Below, piece by piece: positions 40,565 through 50,842 of a stretch of DNA of 64,000 nucleotides. The DNA is from Thermoplasmata archaeon. Its GTDB lineage: Archaea > Thermoplasmatota > Thermoplasmata > Thermoplasmatales > Thermoplasmataceae. The stretch is taken from positions 26,271 to 90,270 of the forward strand of contig JAJZXB010000006.1 of NCBI GenBank assembly GCA_021846395.1, given 5' to 3'. The number at the start of each line of letters is the position of its first letter. Within the stretch, counting starts at the first letter, position 1. Position numbers and translations under genes: made by a program. Below the pieces are notes generated by a model. That model saw only the letters and a list, made by a program, of their open reading frames with translations. It searched no databases and had not been told where the DNA came from.

Positions 40565-40808
40565 AATAAGTATGATAAAGAACATTATTAAAAGGAACTA
40601 TATTTTAGTATATCTAATTAAATGATATTAAATAATACAAACTCCGGTTAATTAACCCGTATTATTTATCATATTGAATATATATTTAGGGCTTTTCATC
40701 CCACTTATTTATAAGACATGGCTTTATGAACTTATTCTTGCTTTCATATTCCTGTCAAGAAATGTCCATATTATGGTGAAAAGTTATCTTCAGGCATCAT
40801 AATTTCGG

Positions 40809-41069
40809 CTACTTATGGAAGAACAGAAGAATTTGAAAGTATTCCATAGACTCATTTGCTTCAAGGAACGGGGGAAGTGGAATCAGTTCAGTTATATCCT
40901 CATGATATTGAGCAATTCTCTTCACATAGACGGAGAGTTTTGCTATTACTGTTGAGATATGAGATATTGATCTTGCCATTCTACCGCCATATTTACCACA
41001 GCTAAATTCAATAGAACTTATATGGAAATCGATAAAAATGCGGTCTCTAAGACTTTCGTGGATGGTCAT
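40809..41069 (-). pseudogene. truncated ORF, possible gene/IS remnant
   Basis: 86-aa ORF; the frame stays open upstream without a start codon (FGKIYEKA-MTIH...). No family assigned. Confidence 0.2.
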
Positions 41070-41216
41070 GGCTTTCTCATAGATCTTGCCAAATCATTCT
41101 ACAAGAGGGAAATAAATGAGTGTATAAATCAATAATTATATATGATAATACCATGAATTATAACGTTATGGCTATTCATGGCTATATTTATTTATTGTAA
41201 TGTATTATACTTAACA

Positions 41217-43904
41217 ATGACGGATGAATTCAATTTGGATTTTTTTAAGGATAGAGGTTTCGTAAGAAAACAATGTGTTTCATGCTCATCCTTTTTCTGG
41301 ACAATTGATAACGATAAAAAAACATGTGGTGATCCTGCATGTGAAAGCTATTCGTTTATTAACAATTCACCTGTATACAAAAAATACAATATTGATGAGA
41401 TGAGAGATGAATTTTTAAATTTTTTTATTAACGATGAAAATTTCAAGCATAGATTTGTTGAACCCTATCCTGTTGTTCCAAGATGGAGAGATGATGTTCT
41501 TCTAGTTAATGCTTCAATATATGATTTTCAACCCCAGGTCACATCAGGGCTTGTTCAGCCACCCGGAAACCCATTGACAATGTCTCAGCCAAGTATAAGG
41601 ATGATAGACCTTGACCTTGTTGGAAAAACGGGAAGACATTTAACAACCTTTGAAATGCTGTGCCACGATTCATTCAATTATGAGAATAAATACGTTTACT
41701 GGAATAATGAAACTGTAAGATATTCATATATTTTCCTGACTGAAAAACTGAAAGTCGATGAAAATTTGATAACGTACAAAGAAAAACCATGGTTCGGTGG
41801 TGGAAATGCCGGCAACGCTGTAGAAGTATTTGTACGGGGGCTTGAAGTGGCAACTCTTGTATTTATGGATTTAAAAGAAGATACTGGCGGGGACATAGAA
41901 ATTGATGGCACAAAATACACAAAAATGCCATTGAGAATTGTTGATACAGGATATGGACTTGAAAGGCTGGTTTGGCTATCAAATGGCACCTCAACCATAT
42001 ATGAATCCATTTATAATAACATTATTGACCTGATTTTGGAAGATTCAGATGCAGAAAGAATCGACAGCAAAATAATGGAAGAAATATCAAAAATATCGGC
42101 TTCAGTAGATCCATACAGTGAAAAAAGGGTTATGGATCAATTGAAAATATATATGGATCAAAATTCAATAAAATATGATGATGAGTTCATTAAAAAATTG
42201 AGGCTCATGCGTGATGTTTATTCTCTTGCTGACCACACAAAAACTTTACTTCTAATGTTTTCTGATTATGTAATACCATCAAATGTGAAGGTTGGTTATC
42301 TGGCGAGGACGTTGATAAGAAGATGCTTCAGGTTCATAGAAGAACTTAGCTTCAGGCATGATCTCCAATACATACTGAATGCCCAGTATGAAAATTCAAG
42401 GAAAATTGTAAAAAGGTTTGATGTAAATTTCATTAATGACATATTATCCATTGAAAGGGAAAAGTATGATACTGTAAATAAGTCTGCGTATAATACCGTA
42501 AGGAAATTTATAAAAAATGATCTTATTTCACATGAAAACCTTCTAAAATTATATGAATCGTATGGCATAAATGAGGATATGATTTTTGATTACTATCATG
42601 AAATAACAGGCAAATATTTGGAAATACCGGATAATTTTCATGAGTTGCTCATAAAAAACAGGGAGAAAAAAACTGGCAAAATAAACGAAAAGTGTGATTA
42701 TCCACCCATAAAAACAAGGCCCTTATATTATGACAATGCAGATATTATGGAATTTACTGGAAATGTTTTGTATTCCGGAGACAGAAGAATTATATTAAAC
42801 CAAACGGCCTTTTATCCTGAGGGGGGTGGGCAGCCATATGATCTTGGATATTTTATATATAACGGTAAAAGAGTGAATGTGCTAAATGTTCAGAAATACA
42901 ATGATGCAATTGTTCATTTTCTTGATGGCTATATACCTGAAAATGCCAGAATCAGGGGATATGTTGATTATAACAGAAGAAAGCAGCTTATGATTCATCA
43001 TTCAGCAACACATCTGATCCTTGGAATTATGAGGGAATATTTCGGTGACCATATATGGCAGAGTGGTGTTAAAAAGGATATAAATGATTCTAGGATAGAT
43101 ATTACCCACTATAAAAAAATTTCAAATAATGATATTGAGGAAATAGAAAATAGGTGCTTCAAGTATATTAGAGCTGGAAAAAAAATAACTGTGACAAATG
43201 AAAACTGGAATTTGGCAATAGAGAAATATGGCTTCCGATTGTTTGAAGGAGGCGTTCCATTATCGTCAAAATTAAGGGTTGTTTCCATAGAAGATATAGA
43301 CTCAGAAGGATGTGGTGGCACACATCTTGATAATACCATTGACATTGGCTTTATTAAAATAATCAAGGTGGAAACTCTGCAGGAAGGCATACAGAGAATT
43401 ATATTTTCTGCCGGTCCTGCTGCATTGAGATACGTTCAATCTCTGTACAGTATAATAAGAAACCAGCAGAATTTTATGAAGGTTGATGAGGAAAAAATGG
43501 TTGATTATTCAAGGAACATGCTTGATGAAAATATAAATCTAAAAAAGGAACTGGAGGATAAAACTAGTTCGTATATAGGAAATGTCATTTCACAGTTTGA
43601 GCATTCGGGAATCTTTAAGCTTTATAAATCTTCAATGAATCGGGGAGATCTGAACAAATTAATCAAGGGCTTGTATAAGATAGATGGCAACAAAATTATA
43701 TTGAATACTTCAGGAAATGCTTCAGATATAACTATAATTTCAAAGCAATCTTTGCAAATAGGAGAAAATATAATAGTAGCACTGAAAGAAAGGGGAATAA
43801 GCAAGCCTGAAGGCAAAATTGGCAACGGTATAACTATTTTACATGTTGAAACGCCAATAAGTGAAAAGTTAATAAAGGAGATTTTAGTTGATATAACGTT
43901 ATGA
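41217..43904 (+). CDS. alaS: alanine--tRNA ligase
   Basis: Archaeal AlaRS catalytic core (WFGGGNAGNAVEVF) and editing-domain HxxxH (IHHSATHLI). Start moved to the internal Met (MTDEF...). Confidence 0.9.
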   Translation: MTDEFNLDFFKDRGFVRKQCVSCSSFFWTIDNDKKTCGDPACESYSFINNSPVYKKYNIDEMRDEFLNFFINDENFKHRFVEPYPVVPRWRDDVLLVNASIYDFQPQVTSGLVQPPGNPLTMSQPSIRMIDLDLVGKTGRHLTTFEMLCHDSFNYENKYVYWNNETVRYSYIFLTEKLKVDENLITYKEKPWFGGGNAGNAVEVFVRGLEVATLVFMDLKEDTGGDIEIDGTKYTKMPLRIVDTGYGLERLVWLSNGTSTIYESIYNNIIDLILEDSDAERIDSKIMEEISKISASVDPYSEKRVMDQLKIYMDQNSIKYDDEFIKKLRLMRDVYSLADHTKTLLLMFSDYVIPSNVKVGYLARTLIRRCFRFIEELSFRHDLQYILNAQYENSRKIVKRFDVNFINDILSIEREKYDTVNKSAYNTVRKFIKNDLISHENLLKLYESYGINEDMIFDYYHEITGKYLEIPDNFHELLIKNREKKTGKINEKCDYPPIKTRPLYYDNADIMEFTGNVLYSGDRRIILNQTAFYPEGGGQPYDLGYFIYNGKRVNVLNVQKYNDAIVHFLDGYIPENARIRGYVDYNRRKQLMIHHSATHLILGIMREYFGDHIWQSGVKKDINDSRIDITHYKKISNNDIEEIENRCFKYIRAGKKITVTNENWNLAIEKYGFRLFEGGVPLSSKLRVVSIEDIDSEGCGGTHLDNTIDIGFIKIIKVETLQEGIQRIIFSAGPAALRYVQSLYSIIRNQQNFMKVDEEKMVDYSRNMLDENINLKKELEDKTSSYIGNVISQFEHSGIFKLYKSSMNRGDLNKLIKGLYKIDGNKIILNTSGNASDITIISKQSLQIGENIIVALKERGISKPEGKIGNGITILHVETPISEKLIKEILVDITL

Positions 43905-45655
43905 TTAATTCAGATGAGATTGTAAATATAGGGGAAGAATATTATAAATCCACAAAAATCGAGATTCTTGATGATTCCGTTATATTTCATATAGAAAAAA
44001 CAGGGAACGAAGAAACATTTTCCTTATTTCTGGATAAACTCAATAATATAGGGTATACCGCCTTTACTGATAAATACCCTGATTACCGTATTATCGTTAT
44101 AAAAGAATACAATATGAATAGAAAATATGCACTTAAAAGCTTAATGTTATTTTTAACGGTTATAGCCATGGTGTATACCGGCTATTCATATTACGAATAT
44201 TATTCTTCCAACCTTAATTTGTATCGAGATCTCATAAATGGAACCATTTATTTTGTAGTTCCTCTCCTGTCCATAATGTTTTTCAGAGAATTCGGAAGAT
44301 TCATAGCTTTTAGAAAAAACGGAATAAAATATTCCTTCCCGATTTTTATACCTGCCCCAGGATTGGGAACACTTGGAATTATAACATCATCACATAAACA
44401 ATTCAAAACTGAAAAATCAATGATAACGGCAGGCTCATATTCAATTATATTTGGATTTTTATTATCCATTTTTATGATTATTTTTGGTTCATTGGTTGAA
44501 CCCATATATCTCACACATGCAACAACCACCAATACATCAATTTATACCTTGAAATTCCCACTTATTTTTATCATGCTGATAAACCACATAATTCCGGTTA
44601 ATGTAATGCCTCCACCAATTGAAATGGCAGGATATATTGGCCTGATCATAACATCCATAAATGCTTTGCCCCTTGGCTTTATGGATGGGGGACTTATTTT
44701 CTCTGCACTGGCAGGTAAAAAATTCTTTCTTTTTTCATATGCCTCTCTTTTAATACTGGTTGCAGCAAGTTTCATATTCCCTCTCTTTATAATACTTATA
44801 ATCGTTGCCCTTCTTCTGGGTATAAAGGGGCCATTGCCTTTGAATAACTTTGTACATCCTAGTAAGAAGATTATTTCTCTGGCCATTGTTGTTATCTTAA
44901 TTGCAATAGCCGGATTTGTGCCGTTGCCATTTGAGCATAATTATCCCGGAAATATTTCTGTATCAATGCCGAAGTATTTCATGGTAAATAGTGATGACCC
45001 TGGAAATACAACATTCAATGTTACTGTAACTAATCATGGAAGTGCTCCCATCACTCCTGTTTTTTCCATTTCAAATGTGACATTTAAAACAGTTTCTGAC
45101 GGCGCTTTAAATATAGCACCGGGCCATTCGGCAGTTTATGAGATGAAACTTTTAACTTACAAATTTAACTATACTGGAGCAAAAAATTACACATTCAATG
45201 TTTTTGCCGGACCATCGCAATATAAACAGATAATTGATATTTATTATGTGCATGCGGGTACAGGACTTGGATTTAACAATGTAACTAGCCCGATAAAAAG
45301 CAGCAACAACACCAGTAGCTCAAACAATATAACGCCAACAAACAATGGGAACCCACTCATCATAAATGCAAAGGTAAACCAGGTCGTGAGTTTCAATATT
45401 ACAAACAGCATGAACACCAACATGACTTTTAAACTTTTATCACTGCCACTGTCTGGCCGTATGAATACATACATGTATTACAACAGTCGTATGGTCAATA
45501 TAACTGGTGAACATCACATTCTGGGTAAAACAATAAAACTGAAACCCGACCAGTCGGTCAATATAAGTTTAATGTCCAAAACGCCAGGTCAGTGGATTAT
45601 ATTGATTTACAGCCAAAATTTGGCGGGATTTGTGGAAATCAATGTAGACAAATGA
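43901..45655 (+). CDS. M50/site-2-protease-like polytopic membrane protein with degenerate active site and N/T-rich C-terminal domain
   Basis: FREFGRFIAFRKNG aligns to the M50 HExxH helix with both His replaced by Arg; the downstream LDG-type motif (FMDGGLIF) is retained. The C-terminal ~250 aa carry many N-x-T/S sequons. Confidence 0.45.
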   Translation: MINSDEIVNIGEEYYKSTKIEILDDSVIFHIEKTGNEETFSLFLDKLNNIGYTAFTDKYPDYRIIVIKEYNMNRKYALKSLMLFLTVIAMVYTGYSYYEYYSSNLNLYRDLINGTIYFVVPLLSIMFFREFGRFIAFRKNGIKYSFPIFIPAPGLGTLGIITSSHKQFKTEKSMITAGSYSIIFGFLLSIFMIIFGSLVEPIYLTHATTTNTSIYTLKFPLIFIMLINHIIPVNVMPPPIEMAGYIGLIITSINALPLGFMDGGLIFSALAGKKFFLFSYASLLILVAASFIFPLFIILIIVALLLGIKGPLPLNNFVHPSKKIISLAIVVILIAIAGFVPLPFEHNYPGNISVSMPKYFMVNSDDPGNTTFNVTVTNHGSAPITPVFSISNVTFKTVSDGALNIAPGHSAVYEMKLLTYKFNYTGAKNYTFNVFAGPSQYKQIIDIYYVHAGTGLGFNNVTSPIKSSNNTSSSNNITPTNNGNPLIINAKVNQVVSFNITNSMNTNMTFKLLSLPLSGRMNTYMYYNSRMVNITGEHHILGKTIKLKPDQSVNISLMSKTPGQWIILIYSQNLAGFVEINVDK

Positions 45656-45905
45656 GTGTTGTGGCTGTTAAGCTATAGATTTAACTGTAACGTTTTAGAG
45701 TTACCAAGATTCACGATATTTTCCTTTTTTTATTATATTGTATGACTCCTTAACATATGCTTTATTAAAATATTAGTGGAGTATCTGAGTACTTCCTCGA
45801 TATATCTTTTCCTTTATGTAGGCATTTTCTATGATACTGGCTCAAATCTTTGTGTGATTCAAATGCATCAAACACCATTGGTAAATATATTCTGGAAACA
45901 TCAAA

Positions 45906-46511
45906 TTAATTAATATTTTCAAAATTTGATTTTAAATATTTTTTTATTTTTTCCTTAGTATCTTCATAGTCAACGTTGTTTATTAAAAAAACATCATATC
46001 CTTTACTTTCTTCAATTGAATAATCCGATATTTTATTATACACGGGTAATTGTTTTATCAATCTTTCACCAGGCGAATTTTTATGCGTATATTCTGTTCT
46101 GGAGACCAGCATGTTTTCGTGCTTTTTATCATCCGATACATAAATGAAGATTTTTAAAATTTTATCAACAATGTCTTTATTCAGGAATGCAGGAAGAAAA
46201 TAAAGAGTTTCAAGAATTAGTGGTTCACCGTTTGATATTGCCCTGTTGAAGACCGAATTTATACCCTTATATATAACCTCACTCTGGGCAGTATATCCTC
46301 TAACTATATTCTCATCCGTTTTCTCCCCAAAAAATTGCCAGGAATCATATACACTTTTTGATAATATTTCTGATGTGGTGTAAGGCCTTAAAAATTCTCT
46401 TAAATAATCTCCTGATAAAACTATATTTATATTAAATTCTCTCGCAATATAGGAAGAGATGCTGGTTTTGCCAACACCAGGAATACCGCCAACCAGTATA
46501 ATTGGGATCAT
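45906..46511 (-). CDS. P-loop kinase, 2-phosphoglycerate-kinase-like (COG2074-type)
   Basis: Walker A GIPGVGKTS followed by SGDYLREFLR. Confidence 0.45.
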   Translation of the reverse strand: MIPIILVGGIPGVGKTSISSYIAREFNINIVLSGDYLREFLRPYTTSEILSKSVYDSWQFFGEKTDENIVRGYTAQSEVIYKGINSVFNRAISNGEPLILETLYFLPAFLNKDIVDKILKIFIYVSDDKKHENMLVSRTEYTHKNSPGERLIKQLPVYNKISDYSIEESKGYDVFLINNVDYEDTKEKIKKYLKSNFENIN

Positions 46512-46628
46512 GCATCCTTATAGTTTTATCTCTTAATAATTTTTTCAGTCAGCAAATAACTCTATTATTTATTATATTTTAAGCTGTAATTTTGTCAATA
46601 AATTTTTAAATGATAAATTAATACTTAC

Positions 46629-47261
46629 ATGATCAATATGGCAGCAGAAACGTGGAATGTTAAGGATAAATTAAAACCAGTGGGGTTGGATGGTATATCA
46701 GATACGCAAATAGATTATCACTTTGATACACACTATAAAGGTTATGTGACAAAATTGAACGAAATCTGGTCAAAATTGCCAGGTGTTGATTTAACTAAGG
46801 CAAATCAGAATTACAGCGACCTAAGAGAAATGAAACTAGAGGAAGCTTTCAACTATGATGGGTCCATGCTGCACGAATATTACTTTGAATCCCTAAGCAA
46901 GGAGCATGTTGAGATGCCTTCTTCAGTTAAGGAACAGGTTGAAAAGGACTTTGGGAGTTATGAAAACTTTGTTGCACTTTTCAAAGCTACAGGTACAGCA
47001 TTCAGAGGCTGGGCTCATTTAATATTTGATCTGAACTGTGGAAAATTGAGGGTTATGGGTGCAGATATACACAGTGCATCTGCAATATGGAATGCCCTGA
47101 TGATCTTGCCACTCGATGTTTATGAGCATGCATATTACGTAGATTATGGAGCAAAAAGAGCACCATACATGGATGCATTCATGAAAAACGTCAACTGGAA
47201 GGTTGTGGAAAAAAGAATCGAAAGAGCAAAAAAGGTTTATGAAGCTTTCAAAAAAGAATAA
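46629..47261 (+). CDS. sod: superoxide dismutase (Fe/Mn)
   Basis: Metal ligands: H in YHFDTHY and the D..H motif DVYEHAYY. Confidence 0.9.
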   Translation: MINMAAETWNVKDKLKPVGLDGISDTQIDYHFDTHYKGYVTKLNEIWSKLPGVDLTKANQNYSDLREMKLEEAFNYDGSMLHEYYFESLSKEHVEMPSSVKEQVEKDFGSYENFVALFKATGTAFRGWAHLIFDLNCGKLRVMGADIHSASAIWNALMILPLDVYEHAYYVDYGAKRAPYMDAFMKNVNWKVVEKRIERAKKVYEAFKKE

Positions 47262-47270
47262 TTTTATTTT

Positions 47271-47912
47271 TTGTTTTTTATGATTACATCAAACGATTAT
47301 TTATCAAGGCAAATTTACAGTATAAAACTGGAATATGGGCAAAAAATAAACGAGAGAATAATGGATTTTATCAACATGGGAAAATCTGATAATTATTCAC
47401 TGTTTATAGAGTTGAGTTTCTGTATATTGACTGCAAATACATCGGCCGAGATGGGCATAAAAACCCAGAGATTGATCAATACTGGATTTATTGAATACGA
47501 CCTTGATAAACTGAAAGATGAGTTGAAAAAGAACAGGTACAGATTTTACAATAAAAGGGCAGAATACATAGTTGATTCCAGGTTTATTATACCAGAAATA
47601 AAGAATTTGCTGCTGAATAAAGATCATGAGTATATAAGGGATTATCTTGTGAAAAATATTAAAGGAATTGGGTATAAAGAAGCTTCCCATTTTTTGAGGA
47701 ATGTTGGCATATTTGACTTTGCCATTCTGGATAAACACATAATGCGTCTGATGGATGAAAATAATTATATAGATGATGTAAAATTAAGTACAGGTAGTGA
47801 TTATATTAAAAACGAACTGATATTTAAAAAAATAGCAAGAAAATTTCATATGAAGCCGGGTGTAATGGATATTTACCTGTGGAAAATTGCAACTGGAAAA
47901 ATTTTGAAATAG
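47271..47912 (+). CDS. ogg: 8-oxoguanine DNA glycosylase/AP lyase, archaeal Ogg2-type (HhH-GPD)
   Basis: HhH-GPD region IKGIGYKEASHFLRNVG...D with catalytic Lys/Asp spacing; about 210 aa as in Ogg2. Confidence 0.7.
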   Translation: MFFMITSNDYLSRQIYSIKLEYGQKINERIMDFINMGKSDNYSLFIELSFCILTANTSAEMGIKTQRLINTGFIEYDLDKLKDELKKNRYRFYNKRAEYIVDSRFIIPEIKNLLLNKDHEYIRDYLVKNIKGIGYKEASHFLRNVGIFDFAILDKHIMRLMDENNYIDDVKLSTGSDYIKNELIFKKIARKFHMKPGVMDIYLWKIATGKILK

Positions 47913-47919
47913 GTGATAT

Positions 47920-48597
47920 TTGCTGAAGGTCATAGCTACCCATGAATATGTCAGTAATTTTATAAAATATACTGGAGATAAAAGGGGGATGGTTCTAGGT
48001 AAATGCCTTGATGAAACAGTTTCAAAAATGAATTATTACAATTATAAATATCAGATAAATAGGGATATAAGTTTGAAGGCACTCAAGAGCTATACCGTAT
48101 TTCTTAAATCGGAATTTGAAAAACATGATATTGTTATTGATAAGAGTGAAATGAGGACATATTATGCAATGGGGTGGAAGTTTATAAATGCCTTTAAAAA
48201 AAGTGTGCTTTATGAAAATATGTTATTGAGAGATAGAACTAGAATTGTTACAATTAATGATGATGTTGGAATATATGCACAGCCGGACTTTGTAGATTAT
48301 GCAGATAACGTAATATATGAAATGAAAAGCTTTTCATTAAAGCCCCTGCCCGAGTATGTAAGAAAACAGGTGAGAATTTTCCAGCTTGCATACCCGAATT
48401 TCAATACGGTGATTATAGGATTTCCAAGAAATGAGGAATATATAAAGCCACAGATTGTTAAACTCACGGATCCAAAGGAGAGAACAAAAAAAATATTGTT
48501 AAAAAAACTTTACAGATATGCCATGGAATATGGCAAAAATATAGATTATGAAGAAGCTATAGGCAACAGAAAATGCATTAACTACCGTATAGATTAG
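47920..48597 (+). CDS. hypothetical PD-(D/E)xK-like nuclease
   Basis: QPDFVDYADNVIYEMK fits PD-x(n)-ExK. Starts 8 nt after ogg in the same orientation. Confidence 0.4.
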   Translation: MLKVIATHEYVSNFIKYTGDKRGMVLGKCLDETVSKMNYYNYKYQINRDISLKALKSYTVFLKSEFEKHDIVIDKSEMRTYYAMGWKFINAFKKSVLYENMLLRDRTRIVTINDDVGIYAQPDFVDYADNVIYEMKSFSLKPLPEYVRKQVRIFQLAYPNFNTVIIGFPRNEEYIKPQIVKLTDPKERTKKILLKKLYRYAMEYGKNIDYEEAIGNRKCINYRID

Positions 48598-50021
48598 GCA
48601 TTTATCTCCTTCTTTTTCAATTCTTTTTCAGTAATATAATAGGCATTGAAACCATTCTTAACCATTACTGACGCAGCATATGCGCTGTTAAGGCCCTTTT
48701 TACAGTAAAAAACATATCTCTTATCCTTATTTGATTTTGCCATAAAGTCATTGAGATATGCAATATTTAAATTGATTGAGTCATAATGATGCCATTTCTC
48801 ATATTCATCACCATTGCGTAAATCAACAAAAACCGTATTTTTTTCCTCATTTCCAGAAAATTTCCTGTTTATCATTGAATTCACGTATTCATCAATATTA
48901 TTTTTATTTAAAGAAATGAGTTCCATGAAATAATCATCTATGTTGAATTTTTTAATCTCTTCCATAAAATCATGGCGTTTTACCTTAATGCCTGGATTTT
49001 TAGAGAAAAGAGAGCAGAACTCACCAATTGACTCACTGAAATAGAGCCCTTTATTTTTTGAATAGTCTATGGTCTCTTCCTTATCAAATCCTATCAGTGG
49101 CCGGAATACAGGATAACCCATATCACCTGACATTGCATTCAGGTTCTCAGGGGTTTGTGAAGAAACCTGACCTATTGATTCCCCTGTTACAATGCCATTA
49201 TATCCATGTTCACGGCATAATTTCTCAGCATAATCGTAAAGCAATTTTTTGAAAATTAAATTTGCATATTTCTGCCCGGGATTTTTAATAATGTATGAAA
49301 TAAGATTCGATCCATCTATTATGTATATCTTTGAATTGTATCCTACAGAGTATTTATTGAGGAGATTCTTTGCTATTTTTAACATAGATACTGTATCGTA
49401 AGGATGTGCAAGTGTGCAGAATAGCAGGTCAGTTGCTGAGCCACGTTTCATAACCATATATGTGGATACCGGCGAATCAATTCCGCCAGAAAAAAGGGAA
49501 ATCAGTTTGCCCTCTGATTTTAACGGCAATCCACCTGGGCCAGGGATTTTATCTGTAAAGGTATAGAGCTTATTATCCCTTATTTCAACATATACCATTA
49601 TATCGGGGTTTTTAAGGTCCACCCCATCTGAATATTCGTATAGCGCATCTCCAAGCATTTTTTCAATTTCAAGAGAATTAAAAGTATGGGTGCCCTTCCT
49701 TCTCACATTGACTGCAAATTTTTTATTTACAACCTTTTCTTTGAAATTCTGCAAAACAATGGTTGCTATTTCTTCCTTATTTTTGAATGTATGTTCATCT
49801 GCATATGAAAATGATTTTATTCCAAAAATTCGTGGCAATATATCATTGAATTTTTGGTCATTGGATAAAATAAATATTCTGCCATCAGTTTTTTTGTATT
49901 CAAAATCAATATTATTTTTTGAGGTTTCCGATCTTATATTTTCCATTAATAAATGCTCCATCTCTCTTCGAGATTTATCGCCCTTAAGCCCAATTTCGGA
50001 ATATCTGATAATAAACATCAA
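48594..50021 (-). CDS. thiI: tRNA 4-thiouridine synthase ThiI with C-terminal rhodanese domain
   Basis: THUMP N-terminus, PP-loop SGGIDSPV, and a C-terminal rhodanese with active Cys (YVFYCKKG). Confidence 0.85.
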   Translation of the reverse strand: MMFIIRYSEIGLKGDKSRREMEHLLMENIRSETSKNNIDFEYKKTDGRIFILSNDQKFNDILPRIFGIKSFSYADEHTFKNKEEIATIVLQNFKEKVVNKKFAVNVRRKGTHTFNSLEIEKMLGDALYEYSDGVDLKNPDIMVYVEIRDNKLYTFTDKIPGPGGLPLKSEGKLISLFSGGIDSPVSTYMVMKRGSATDLLFCTLAHPYDTVSMLKIAKNLLNKYSVGYNSKIYIIDGSNLISYIIKNPGQKYANLIFKKLLYDYAEKLCREHGYNGIVTGESIGQVSSQTPENLNAMSGDMGYPVFRPLIGFDKEETIDYSKNKGLYFSESIGEFCSLFSKNPGIKVKRHDFMEEIKKFNIDDYFMELISLNKNNIDEYVNSMINRKFSGNEEKNTVFVDLRNGDEYEKWHHYDSINLNIAYLNDFMAKSNKDKRYVFYCKKGLNSAYAASVMVKNGFNAYYITEKELKKKEINA

Positions 50022-50278
50022 TTATATATTTTATATGTGTATATAGTCTTTTATTCTTTCATAATGTTAAATCTGAAACTATGCCAACAACTTTTTTAAG
50101 TTGTGATCAGGCTTATTGTTAAAATTTTTGGTGTAACCCAAAACACCATATCTACTCCTTAATGTTTCCTGGAATGCCTTTTTAACTATATGCATATAGA
50201 ATTTCACAGCATACCAATTTTATACCAGATATACAATTGTATAGAAAATCCTTATTATTTTTATATAAATATGACACC

Positions 50279-50833
50279 ATGGAAGAAATAAAAATTGTTG
50301 GATTCGGAGGGAGTTTAAGAAAGAAATCATATAATGGGTATTTATTAAATATCAGCAAGGGTCTTATGCCTGCAAATTCAAGCCTTGAAATTCTGGACAT
50401 TTCTAAGCTTCCCATGTTTAATCAGGATGAGGAAGATAATTTTCCCGAAAATGCCAGGGTTTTCAAGGAAAAAATTAGAAATTCAGATGGCGTTCTCATA
50501 TCAACACCGGAATACAATTACTCCATTCCTGGATTTTTAAAGAATGCCATAGACCTGGCATCAAGGCCATATGGAGACAATCCCTTTGAGAATAAACCCG
50601 TGGCTTTAATGAGTGCATCCATAGGCATGTTTGGTGGGTCAAGGGCACAGTACCATTTAAGACAGAGCTTTGTATTTTTAAATATGATACCAATTAACAA
50701 ACCTGAAGTCTTTGTCACAATGGCAGCAAATAAATTTGATGAGGATGGAAATTTAAAAGATGATATGACCATCGAGATTATGAAGCAATTGCTGAAAAAC
50801 CTTGTCGAAACTGCAAGGAATACAAAAAAATAA
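50279..50833 (+). CDS. NADPH-dependent FMN reductase family flavoprotein
   Basis: Flavodoxin-like fold (IVGFGGSLRKKS...ISTPEYNYSIPG). Start at the internal Met (MEEIK). Confidence 0.7.
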   Translation: MEEIKIVGFGGSLRKKSYNGYLLNISKGLMPANSSLEILDISKLPMFNQDEEDNFPENARVFKEKIRNSDGVLISTPEYNYSIPGFLKNAIDLASRPYGDNPFENKPVALMSASIGMFGGSRAQYHLRQSFVFLNMIPINKPEVFVTMAANKFDEDGNLKDDMTIEIMKQLLKNLVETARNTKK

Positions 50834-50842
50834 TATTTATTT

